Shown here: positions 13,081 through 24,719 of the stretch, one piece after another
Layout of the letters: each line of letters opens with the position of its first letter
Numbering within the stretch: the first letter of the stretch is position 1
DNA from: Chiloscyllium plagiosum
Taxonomy: Eukaryota
NCBI RefSeq assembly: GCF_004010195.1
Contig: NC_057750.1
Location: 3,344,761 to 3,408,760 of the forward strand
Length of the DNA: 64,000 nucleotides
Direction: 5' to 3'
The notes under the pieces: generated by a model
Seen by the model: the letters and a program-made list of their open reading frames with translations, nothing else
Databases searched by the model: none
Told to the model about the DNA's origin: nothing
Position numbers and translations under genes: made by a program

Positions 13081-13153
13081 TGACTCAACCCAAGAGAAAT
13101 TTAGCAGCTGTGAGGACTCCCAAAGACATCACATCAGAGAGCTCCATATCCAG
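13081..13153 (+). CDS. CLIP3: CLIP3 penultimate coding exon
   Basis: cag|TG ... CCAG|gtaat; (M)TQPKRNLAAVRTPKDITSESSIS(R). Confidence 0.93.
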
Positions 13154-13557
13154 GTAATGTGTCATCCTGCATTGTTCAAGAATGCTTCATGCATCTTATA
13201 AGTAAGAAGGGATAGAATAGAGAATGTACTTCTGCTTTTTCTCCTTCCTGACCTTGCAACCTAATATTCCAATGTTAGGCAGGAACACATCTCTCAGTAA
13301 AATAGCTGTGTCTATCTCTCATTTCCCCTTCTTGAAATCTCTCAAGACATCTCTTATGTCTTGTGTCTTCACCCCTCTGAGCCACATTCTTGCTCCCATC
13401 AGATCTGAACTTGGGGTACTTTGAACAACCAGTGGAATGAGCTCCTTGTGATTACACATGCTCATGGGGAATCAAAATTCAGGCTGACTACTGCAAACGC
13501 AGGATGTTCTCCCTTGCCTAGCCCAGGGATGGAAGTGGTGGGGATGATACAGAATGA

Positions 13558-13769
13558 GGAGAAAGTGAGGACCGCAGATGCTGGAGATCAGAGCTGAAAA
13601 ATGTGTTGCTGGAAAAGCGCAGCAGGTCAGGCAGCATCCAAGGAGCAGGAGAATCGATGTTTCAGGCATAAGCCCTTCCTCAGGAATCCTGAAGAAAGGC
13701 TTATGCCCGAAACGTCGATTCTCCTGCTCCTTGGATGCTGCCTGACCTGCTGCGCTTTTCTAGCAACAC
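13558..13769. mobile_element. short inverted Penelope-like terminal-repeat insertion
   Basis: two oppositely oriented copies of the same terminal repeat; 14-bp duplication ATGATACAGAATGA at 13544 and 13770. Confidence 0.8.
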
Positions 13770-14424
13770 ATGATACAGAATGACACTTCTGCAATGGCTG
13801 AGATCAGTTAACATTTCTTTACTCATTCAGAGGACGTGAGTGCCATTGGCTGGGCCAACATTTATTCCCATCCCTCCTAAATGTGAGCTGTCTTCTCAAA
13901 CAGTTCCTTGGTGTGTTGTTACTGAGGGAATTCCAAGATTTTGACCCAGTGACAGTTTAGGAATGGCAATACATTTCCAAGTCAGAGTGGTGAATGGCTT
14001 GAAGAGGAACTTGCAGATGGTGGTGTTCCCATATATCTGCTGCCCTTGTCCTTTTGGGAAGTTGAGGTCGTGGGTTTGAAATGTGCTGTTGGAGGAGGCT
14101 AATGAATTCACGGTCATCATTAGATTCCTAATTCCAGATTTTGTTTTTACTGAATTCAATATTCACCATCTGCCTTGGCAGGATTTGAACCCAGGTCCCC
14201 AGAACATTACCTCGCTGGAACATTTCTGGATTAATAGTCCAGCGATAATACTACTAAACCATTGCCCCACAAGAGGGAAATGATGAGGAAAAGATTGTGA
14301 AATGGTGTTACAAATTGTATGTATTCCCGCCACCGTTACTCAGCAGAGACGCTCATTTTTATCCTTAAACAACCTCCACCCATGCCCATTTCCCCATCAG
14401 CTGTCACTAGTCCCAGTCAACATG

Positions 14425-14449
14425 GGTGTGTGTGTGTGTGTGTGTGTGT
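14425..14449 (+). repeat. (TG)n microsatellite
   Basis: about 12 TG units directly upstream of a pyrimidine tract and CAG. Confidence 0.9.
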
Positions 14450-15204
14450 CCTTTTATTTTCAGCCTTATTGCAGTGCTGAGGCCAAAAGATAATCAACTG
14501 CAGCCTGTTGGATGGATTAACTCAGAGACTCGGAACTTGATGTCGAATCTTCAGCTTGTATATTTCAAGGTTGTATGTTATACTGGTGAATGACAGGCAA
14601 TAAAAGTTGCGTCAAGTAACAGAAAATGCTGGAAATACTCAAAGGTCGGAGAGTGATTGTGAAAAGACTAACCGAGTCAGCGTTTTGAGTCGATGGCCTT
14701 CCTTTAGTCCTGGTGAAAGAAAGATAGAAGTACCGAAGGGGATGTCAATATCATGAAACAAAATATGTGTCAGGTTGAGGTGTGAGTGACTGGAAGGTAG
14801 CTGGCCAAATGGAAAGTGAAGACATGAAGAATTGATCAAAATACAAAACAACAACAAAAAAAAAACCATGAAGCAAAATGAAATGTGTTCCAAACGTTGT
14901 CTGTTGTATTTTGGATTTACACATCTTAGTTTTTTTGCTTTTAAAGAGTTCATTTAATCTTTAATGACATTGGTCATTCTAAATATCAATTACAGAATTG
15001 TTACGACTACTCTTGTCTGACGGAGGGCTTTTCATCTACCTGTTTGAAATAACAAAGAGACCTTCTCCATATTACACAACAAATAGGTTCAATTCTGTAA
15101 CAGTTTCATATGCAGCAGGTTCCTCGGGTAATGGAAAGTTACAGAGTTGAGTTAATGTTTAACCTGCTGTTGCATCTGGGTTAGGGGGATGCAGAGCTAA
15201 CTTA

Positions 15205-15680
15205 GAGTCACACAGCATGGAAACAAACCATTTGGCCCAACTTGTCAATGCTGGCCAGGTTTCCTAAACTGAACTAGTCCCATTTTCTTGCTTTTGGCCC
15301 ATATCCCTCTAAACCCTTTCTGTCCATATATCTGTCCAAGTGTCTTTTAAATGTTATAATTGTCACCTCTACTACTTCCTGTGGCAGCTCATTCCATACA
15401 CACACCACCCCCTGTGTGAAAAAGGTGCCCCTCAGGTCCCTTTTAAATCTTTCCCCTCGCACCCTAAACCTATGCCCTCTGGCTTTGGACTTCCCTACTC
15501 TGGGGGGAGGAAACCTTAGTTATTTACCTTCCCTATGCTCCTCGTGATTCTATAAACCCCTATAAGGTCACCCCTCAGCCTCCAGCGCTCCAGGGAAAGA
15601 AGTCCCAATCTATCCAGCCTCTCCTTATAACTCAAGCCCTCCAGTCTCGGTAACATCCTTATAATTTTTTTTGTAAATCT
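15205..15680 (-). mobile_element. CR1/HER1-like LINE 3' fragment
   Basis: RGERFKRDLRGTFFTQGVVCVWNELP. Confidence 0.85.
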
Positions 15681-17125
15681 TCTAAAACAGCCCAAAAAGG
15701 CTGGAGAATTGGGTTGGGGGTTAGGGCAGATACTTGAGGTGGAGAAAGCAACTTGCCAAATGAGAAGAGAAACATTAGCTTTTTACGTTAACCCATTTTG
15801 ATAGGTGAGTTTAAAAAACATATATCGAAAGCAAAGCTGTCATAAAATTTGAAATGAGTTTAGGTTTGATTCCCAACAGTTTGATTTGAGACAATCTCTT
15901 GTCTTTCCAAGATTTGACCTCTCACTGTGAATCATTGCAGCTAATTAATTCTTAAGTGGCAGCTGTCACTGGCCTTTGTCTGTGTTCAAACTGGTTTTGA
16001 ACCCAAATGGATTTTGAAGGGGAGTATAGCCACAGGGACAGTTTGATTGGTTTCTGGTTGCCAGCCAGAAATACGTGAACCTAAATAAAGTGGGTTTCTC
16101 GCCTCTCTATGATATTTATACACGTCATTTCAAGTCAGTAATTCACCAAAACAGACTGCGAGGTGTTGACCATGGAGATACCTGTTGGATGGACAATCCC
16201 TGTTGATAACAGGGAGGTTTAGTAGTTGCCACAATTGTTTGTCTCTCCTTCTTTCCAGTATTGTTCTTAGACAGCAGCCACCCTAACCTCCTGGCTACAC
16301 TCATTATTTTAGAGATCAGTGTGTGACGTTCCCTCACTAAGTCACTGTTCAGTGTGCCTAGGGAAATCATTATAGAGAGACTAAAACATCTCACGATTTC
16401 ATTTTAAGTGATTTCCCCAATATTCTGGATCGGCATGATTATTGTTCTCTAAAGGAGGCTCAAACATAGTTTATTGCACTTTTTCGCCCAGTTTACCTTT
16501 AAGATGTTGACTCCAGGTTAGCAGTCAGGTGGAGTGTCCCAGTCCTGGGCCTGTGAAGGGGGAAATCAGCAAGGATTCCTGCTCCTGTCCATTGCCCAAT
16601 GGTTAATTTAATTTCCACCTATGAAGGTCTGGTGAGAACAGGGTTTGAGTGTGATGCCTCACGTTGGTCACCAGTTCGTCACCACCCTCATGGTCTTGGC
16701 GGAGGTTGGCCAGTTTGAGTGAGGAAAACAGAGGGCAAGGATCGAATTTGACAGCAATAAGTGTGAACAGGAAAATGAGGGAAAATTGGGGAGGCAATCT
16801 CAAGGTTCAGTCAACCTCCACTGTCACTGCCCCAAAGGATCATTAGCTCCATGTTGATGAGGTGAAAGCTACAACCCAAGGTCCTGTGAGATAAAGCAAG
16901 TTCATGGGAACATTGCAGGGCAAAGGCCAGGGCATTTCCTGCACCTGTGGACCAAGTTTTGATACAACTCTTGGTTGTTTCTCTTTGCCTCACATGATTT
17001 TGTGAGGGAAAATTGTTCTCTTGTTCAGAGACTGATGATATAAATTAACGCTTTGAAGGCCTGAGGATTCACAATAATGTCTTCTGGTGGCCACTCCTCT
17101 TTGCAGCTTTTCACAATAGTGATTA

Positions 17126-17403
17126 AATTAGATTCCCTACAGTGTGGAAACAGGCCCTTCAGCCCAACAAGCCCACACAGACCCTCCGAAGAGTAATCCA
17201 CCCAGACCCATTTCCCGCTGAATGATGCATCTAAAACTATGGCCAATTCACCTGACCTGCACATCTTTGGACTGTGGGAGGAAACCCATGCAGACACAGG
17301 GAGAATGTGCAAACTCCACACAGACAGTCACCCAAGGTTGGAATCGAACCCAGGTACCTGGTGTTGTGAAGCAGCAGTACTAACCACTGAGCCACCGTGC
17401 TGC
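17126..17403 (-). mobile_element. HE1-like V-SINE
   Basis: same family, reverse orientation. Confidence 0.85.
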
Positions 17404-18399
17404 CTGATAATGTGGCTGATGTTATTTGCCATTAGGTCATTATAAAATGATAAAAGGCTATTAGTGTTTACTTTTTTAAACAAAAATCATGTGGAATTTA
17501 AAGGGTTAATTGAAAATGTTTCTCATCAGCAACAATCTGAATATCAAATGTTTAGCACAGGGTTAGAACTTCTTTCTCTCAGTCCCTGCTTTGAATGATA
17601 TTTATGAAAAATGCAGAAAGCTGATCATGGAATGTTTTGAAAGGGGGTAATGTCTCTATTCGTGAGGGAACTGGATTAAAACCCATGCTAGACTATTCTA
17701 GAAAATCTTAAAATTATTAGTCTCTTTGCAAGCTTACAGCTTGCTCATTACTTCCAGTTGACAAATTCTTCACATGTTTTTGTCTCAGCTTTTCCCATTA
17801 AAAAATGTGGATGTAGGAAGTTTTCGTAGGATGTTGCCACATGAAGTTGTGCTTTAATGATATCCTCTAAATGTGAAGGGGCTGGAGTGCCACGTCTCTG
17901 CTCCAACCACTGTGCCCCCTGTTTCCTAAATTCCCAATTTTGGCCTTAATTCTAATACATATTAAAATTATAGCATTATATAAAAAATAAAGATTGGGGA
18001 GAGGATATCAGTCAAGGAGAGGACATTGCAACACTAGAGTTTGGCACATCGCCAGATCCGAAATAGCCTGATCCCCAGTTAAATCTACAACATATTATTC
18101 TTGGTATCTGCCCCAAATATACAATAAATTCTTCCTAATGGCTACATCTGCCAATCCGATTTTCCTACTCTACGTGAATATTAAAGTCATCGATGATTAA
18201 TGCCCTGCCTTTTTTTACATGTCCTCATCATCTCCTGGTTTATTCTCTGTCCTACTCTGTCGCTACTATTGGGGGACCTTTAGTACCAGTGTTTTCCTGC
18301 TCTTATTATTTCTTACCTCCACCCGTGTGGATTCTGCATCTTGCAGCCGTGAATGCAAGTCCCTAAGGCTGCAATCTCTGCCTGTTACCATGGCAAAAG

Positions 18400-18510
18400 A
18401 AACCTCCTTAGGGCTGGAGAGGAACTTGTGGAGGGAGGAAGGGGTTCCAATCATTGTTGTCCATGTTGGTACTGAACAAGTTGTTTTTAAGAAAAGGAAT
18501 TGTTGAAGAG
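18400..18510 (+). mobile_element. CR1 ORF1 esterase remnant
   Basis: LERNLWREEGVPIIVVHVGT resembles the SGNH-esterase block VVHVGTND. Confidence 0.55.
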
Positions 18511-18717
18511 TAGAGACCTAACCACAAACTTACTTTTACTTTAAAGTCTAAAAATATTCACCAAGTCCTACCCGCCTGCTTTCCCTGCACTCACTTTATA
18601 CTGTGTCACTGGCCTCACTGCAGGTTGGCATCTTGCTCTGTGTCTTTTGTAATCTCATGCTGACCTCTCACTTTACATCCTGCACAAAGCTTACTTAAAG
18701 CTTTTGTTTCCCCTTCC

Positions 18718-19217
18718 NNNNNNNNNNNNNNNNNNNNNNNNNNNNNNNNNNNNNNNNNNNNNNNNNNNNNNNNNNNNNNNNNNNNNNNNNNNNNNNNNNN
18801 NNNNNNNNNNNNNNNNNNNNNNNNNNNNNNNNNNNNNNNNNNNNNNNNNNNNNNNNNNNNNNNNNNNNNNNNNNNNNNNNNNNNNNNNNNNNNNNNNNNN
18901 NNNNNNNNNNNNNNNNNNNNNNNNNNNNNNNNNNNNNNNNNNNNNNNNNNNNNNNNNNNNNNNNNNNNNNNNNNNNNNNNNNNNNNNNNNNNNNNNNNNN
19001 NNNNNNNNNNNNNNNNNNNNNNNNNNNNNNNNNNNNNNNNNNNNNNNNNNNNNNNNNNNNNNNNNNNNNNNNNNNNNNNNNNNNNNNNNNNNNNNNNNNN
19101 NNNNNNNNNNNNNNNNNNNNNNNNNNNNNNNNNNNNNNNNNNNNNNNNNNNNNNNNNNNNNNNNNNNNNNNNNNNNNNNNNNNNNNNNNNNNNNNNNNNN
19201 NNNNNNNNNNNNNNNNN
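18718..19217. other. assembly gap
   Basis: 500 consecutive N. Confidence 1.
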
Positions 19218-20013
19218 GTGGATAAAGGTTAGTGTTGTATTTATGTTGCCAACAGTGCTGCCCTCCTTCAGTGCTGCAGGAGAGACTTCAACACCAATAC
19301 ACATCTCATTCTCTTTCAATGCTTTTGAGTCAAAATTCACCACAATGGAACTGTTCAGGACATATTACTAGTACTGAAGGAGACCATTCAGCCTATTGTA
19401 CCCATGCTAACCTATTGTTGGGGCGATCCAGGTCTAATCCTTACGATCTGTTCCTCCCACTGCTTGAAATAGCAAATTTATAAGAACTGAGAGTTATTCA
19501 TGTAGACTTCTGAAATTTCCAGTTCCTTCTCTTTCTCTAAACCTGTTTATCCAGTGTCACCAAGGAGCCAGAGAAACAGTCACCAAAAACCATGGATTTG
19601 GCAAAATGAGTTTGGTCTTTGGTCTGTGTATAATGTGTAACCTGTTTTTTGTGAAATATTTCTATCATTGTCAATGACAGCATAAAACACACAAAAATAT
19701 TGGGAAGAGGAATTCTATACCTTAGCTTTTACGCAATATAATTCATACCTGGAGTTTGGAATTGGTGAGTTTAAAGAGTTGAGATGCTTGAAGATGAAAT
19801 AATTTAGAAAGAAATAAAGCTGCTAATTTATTATTTGTTCTCAGACCGATGTCAACCAACTGGGAAAAGGTGGATGGGTGACTGGTGATTTACTCAGCTC
19901 ATCGTCTGTTTTGTCTCGGGTCTGAATACCCCTTACTGAATCTTTGCTGCTCTTTATATTCCAGAATGTCCTTATCTCAACTCCCCTCCCTCTCTTGTCT
20001 CTTCTCATTCCAG

Positions 20014-20068
20014 ATTACTGTTCTGCTGTTGGTTCCCCTGGATGCTGAGAGCAGAAATGCAGTCGTAA
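20014..20068 (+). CDS. CLIP3: CLIP3 terminal coding exon (palmitoylated membrane/Golgi-targeting tail)
   Basis: long pyrimidine tract + cag|A; LLFCCWFPWMLRAEMQS-TAA, the same as the human CLIP3 C-terminus as I recall it. Confidence 0.96.
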
Positions 20069-20569
20069 AAAAAACCTTCTCACCCTCCTCCTCGGACTCT
20101 ACTCTTCCTCCTCAACTTGGTTCTTTATTTGTGCTCTGGAGAAAGACTGCCAATCACAATCTTAGATACTAGTTCAGCTAGATGCAGTCATAGTTGATTC
20201 TAGTGCCTTGTACCTTAATTAAATATCCCTGCATTCCACAGTAGTTTAAATAGATGAGATGACCTTTCCTTTGATACTGATTGAAAGATATATATATATA
20301 AAATTATATATAAATGTACGTAAAGATGGTTTGTGATTCCTGTCTGTTTGATTGGTAAAAACCAAAGGTGTGTTTACTGTCAAAATTATGACCTGAACCA
20401 TGATACTGAGAACATGAGAACTTCCCTGTGCAGTGAAATATGTGTCATGTTGGTTTATCAACTGCTTTGCTGTATATTAGAGTGTTAAGGGATGTAAATT
20501 GTATTTGCGATTTCATGAGACTGGTCAGGAAGGATAAGTTATTGAGTGCTTCAGTTAATGCCTGATGGG

Positions 20570-20612
20570 AATAAATAGATAAAATGCTGTTGAAATAAAA
20601 ACCAAAAATAAA
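20570..20612 (+). terminator. cluster of three AATAAA polyadenylation signals, candidate proximal CLIP3 3' end
   Basis: AATAAA at 20570, 20594 and 20607, about 500 nt after the stop codon. Confidence 0.55.
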
Positions 20613-23184
20613 GTTCAGGAAAAATTAACATATGCACCACTGCTTAGGATTTCAATAATTCATTCCTCATTTTCTCGTCTCCCCATATCTTGTAGTCTGG
20701 TTTAACAGGTGAGCCTCAACATTGAGTGGGGACATGTCATTAAACTACCAGAGGCATCACAACTTTAACTAGTCCGAGCTGAACTCTGCCATATGGCATT
20801 TTAAGTAAGTGTTGTGTAATATTAATGAGTGATGTTGCACCAACCCCAACTCCACTGACAGTCCCCAATTTCCCCCACTCCCCCTCAACCATCACTACTA
20901 TCACCATCATTTCCTGCAGGCATGAATGAGGACAGCCATCTTGGCAAGACCTGAGAGCAAAGGACTGCTAGATTCTGGGATGGGAAACATTTAATTTCTT
21001 CTTTCATTCTGATCATTTGAAATTGGATGAAGATTAATTGGAGAATTCATTTGGAGTTATCCATCTTCTATTTGGATGAAAGCTTCGTTGTGGTATTGTT
21101 ATTGAGGTTGAATGTTGTAACAGTTTTCAACATTATTTAAATTTAATTTGCACTAATCTTTTCAATCCCTAAACCCATTTGTATTCTCCAGCCTTCTCAG
21201 TAGGATTTGATTTGCAGCATCTTTTACAATGGGGGGAGGAGGGGATTATTTTTTATTTTAAGGTGAATTTCATCCCTCTATTTCCAACTTTTTCACCCTC
21301 ATATTCAGCTTCCAACTGACCAGAAGCCAGCACTCTTTATGAAATGGGCTTGTTGGTCTCAATTTGGGTCTCAGGGTGAAGTACCTCAAGCAAGAACTGC
21401 TCCTGGCTTGGTACTAAACTTTATAAGACAGGCCAGAGGATGGCCAATACAGTGAGGGTTGGAAAAGAGGGAGCTGGATGTTGTATCTTATCCATGGTCC
21501 TCCCAACCCTGTCTGCACTTGCTGCTAACACAGAGGTAGTTACTCAATCCCCAGCACAAGGATTCCTCACCTTGATCAGAGCAATAGGAAATAACTGATT
21601 GAAGGTGTGGGAAAAAGGGAAAACCGTCAAGCAGGAAATCTTTCTTTGCTGTCCACATACCCAAACAGCATTCTGCTTAGATTTGGGATTGCTGTCTGTC
21701 AGGAAAAGTTCATGAAGAGCAGTGTGTTCTCCATTGGATAACCAGGTTTCAGTTTAGAAGTGAAGACAGGGTCCTGATTTCTGGTTAACCAAGAACACGC
21801 TGAACATCAAAGTCTACAAATGCAACTTCAGAAAACATCTGGTGTTTTGTCTTCCATAATTCTAACAGTGAGCAAAAAAAACCTGTATCAGAAAACTTAA
21901 AACAAAAGATCTGAGAGAACACAGGTAGCTTCTGGCTGTTGCCTCATTAGCAGCCAGATCTGACTTAGATTTTCAGGTCAGATAGCCGAACATTTTGGAA
22001 ATTGGAAACCAGACACCTAAAGTCTTCAATTGTGTTTTTTTTAAAAGGTTGATTCATATCATTACAGAACCTTGTCATGTGGGACCTTCTGTCAAACAAC
22101 CTTTTAAAGATGTTTCACCTGCAGCAAGGTGGTTTTGATTGGTGGGTGTCAGTGACTGACTGCGACCTTAAAAGAAATGTCACTGAGATCCAGGAATCTT
22201 GCATTATAAAACCAGAAATTGACATTTCTAGGGCCTCATTTAAAGTTTAGTGGTTTTTTTTTGTAGAGGCCTCTTGTGGTTTATTTTAATGTTTTCACTG
22301 AATCACAAGAAGTGATCACCAACAAAAATCCTCCCACATCAGAGTTTGGTTCTGACATTTCAGTCGGCTTTGATCATTAGCACTGAGAAGGTAAGGGCCC
22401 CAAGCACGGGCCTCCCTCACCCAGTCATGGTCCTCTCCTCTATTCTGCTCCACGTTTAGTTTTAAATGTATCAAAAAAAGCAGTCATCTAGCAGTTAAAG
22501 AGCAAAGCTGCTGTAAATTTGAAGTGGAAGCTGGAAACACAAGCCACCTTTTCTCTGGACTTGTTACTTTAATGTACTAATCAATGTAAAAAAGTCTTAT
22601 ATTAATATGTGTGAGAGAGTGAGTGTGTCATGGTAAATTTGGCAGCTATAAGATTGGATTTTTTTTTAAAGAAAAGAAAATAATGTGAAAAGATGCAAGG
22701 TGAATTAAACCGAACTCATGAACAGACGTGTAGCAAGGAACATTGGAAATTCCTGATGTTTTATAAATGTGCTATAAGTGCATTGAGGTTGGTGCTAAAA
22801 GTTTTTTGTAACAAGATTGCTGGATTTATTCCTCTGAAATAAGCAGAAAATCATGTGTTTTATTAATCCCCTTGATTCTATTGTTAATTAATGTAAATCT
22901 TAAAGAATTTCTCTTGCCCCTGAGAATAATGATCTTGGAAATGTGTTCATGTTTATGATAAGCTGTCCCTTCCCTTGTTGCTCTCTTCTGACTTCACCCT
23001 CCCCTTCTGTCCCCCTCTCCTCATTGCATTATCTCCCTTTCCCTCTCCTTTGCCAGCTCCCATCCCCTTCTTCCCCCTGAGCCTCCCCTATCCCTTTCCT
23101 GTGCTCTCCCCTAGCCATCCCCCTCTTTCACTGTCAAAGTTGTTGCAAATACTTCTTTTATAACAAAACCATGGATCTTGTTGA

Positions 23185-23545
23185 AATGTATAAAATTCAG
23201 ACAGGGCTGAATGGACTAGATGTAGGAAAGATGTTTCGCCTGACTGTGGATGAGGGTGTTAGAGCAAGGGGTTGCATTTTTGAGATATAGAGTAAACCAT
23301 TTAGGACTGTATACAAGGAATGATTTCACCAAGAGTGGTGAACTTTTAGAATTCTCCAGCACAGAAAATGTTGGTGGCTAAATTACTGATTACTGTATGT
23401 TGAACACAGAAATGGATAGATTTTTAGATACTAAAGGCATCAAGGATTATGGCTAGAGAGCAGGAGTATGGTGTTGAGATAGAACGAGTGGAACCAGCTC
23501 AATGGGCTAAATGGCCGACTCCTCCTCCGTGCTTCTATGATTCTA
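23185..23545 (+). mobile_element. decayed CR1-like LINE 3' end
   Basis: similarity to the other CR1 3' ends in the window. Confidence 0.7.
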
Positions 23546-23608
23546 ATCTCTCGAAGTTCCCTTCAGTGAAGTCAAACCATATTGAAACGTATTATGTTCA
23601 TGTATGGC

Positions 23609-23754
23609 GAAAGTGAGGACTGCAGATGCTGGAGATCAGAGTCAAGATTAGAGTGGAAAGGGTTGATGAAGGGCTTTTGCCCAAAACGTCGATTTTCCTG
23701 CTCCTCGGATGCTGTCTGACCTGTTGTGCTTTTCCAGCGCCACTCTAATCTAGA
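23609..23754. mobile_element. older inverted Penelope-like terminal-repeat insertion
   Basis: same family in both orientations; imperfect flanking duplication ATTATGTTCAT-T-TGGC. Confidence 0.7.
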
Positions 23755-24375
23755 TTATGTTCATATGTGGCTGCCCAATAAGGGATCAGTGCTGTCTGTA
23801 ATTACTCCAGCTATGTATTTTCATAGATGACCTTGCCCCTCCATAATAATTCGAAATGTATTTTATAATTATAACTGATATTACCTTAGCTAAATCACAA
23901 ACACTGATTTTAATTATAATTTATCATGGTGTCATTATAGAGCTTCCTGTGTGCTAATTGGCTGGTTGTCCACACTACATCACTGTGAACACTTCATTGG
24001 CTGTAAAACATTTTGGAACATCCATCTATGTTGTGAAAGGTGCTATAGAAATGCAAGTCTTTCTTTCTACATTATAAAAATGTGGTCCCCTGTCTCCTCC
24101 CTTCAGACGCAACCCTGCAGCCATTTTTATTGTGAAAAGTTAGGCAATGAGCTGGAAGGCTGTTTGACCAATGTGGCACGACCAGATTCTGCCCTGGTCC
24201 CAACCTTCACTGTTCAGAAGCAAAAGAAACCGGTTTAGTGCAAGCTTACACTCTACGTTGAGCCTCAAATTGCCTAACTCATAAAACACCACAAGTTTCC
24301 TATCATTAAGCTTCAATGTTGTATTGCTTGTCTCTAACCACCAGGGGGAGTATAGAATAATAGTATAGAATAGAT

Positions 24376-24719
24376 CATAGAATCTCTACAGTGTGGAAAC
24401 AGGCCCTTTGGCTCAACCAGTCTCCACCGACCCTCCAAACAGTAACCCACCCAAACCCATTACCCATTACTCTACATTTACCCTTGACTAATGCACCTAA
24501 CCCACACATCCCTGAAAGCTACGGGCAATTTAGCATGGCCAATTCACCTAACCTGCACATCTTTGGATTGTGGGAGGAAACCAGAGTACCTGGGGGAAAC
24601 CCATGCAGACACAGGGAGAATGTGCAAACTCCACATAGACAATTGCCTGAGGCTGAAATGGAACACAAGTCCCTGGCGCTGTGAGGCAGCAGTGCTAACC
24701 ACTGAGTCACCATGCCTCC
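24376..24719 (-). mobile_element. HE1-like V-SINE
   Basis: same family, reverse orientation. Confidence 0.85.

Noticed and set aside
16143..16420. Possible unknown coding exon on the minus strand
   Set aside because: Another frame reads KEGETNNCGNY*TSLLST, resembling a decayed non-LTR RT motif with stops.
18615..19343. Long ORFs of 242 and 173 aa in the ORF track
   Set aside because: They are artefacts of reading through the 500-N gap.
22965..23130. Proline-rich ORF
   Set aside because: Low-complexity pyrimidine tract with no splice or homology support.
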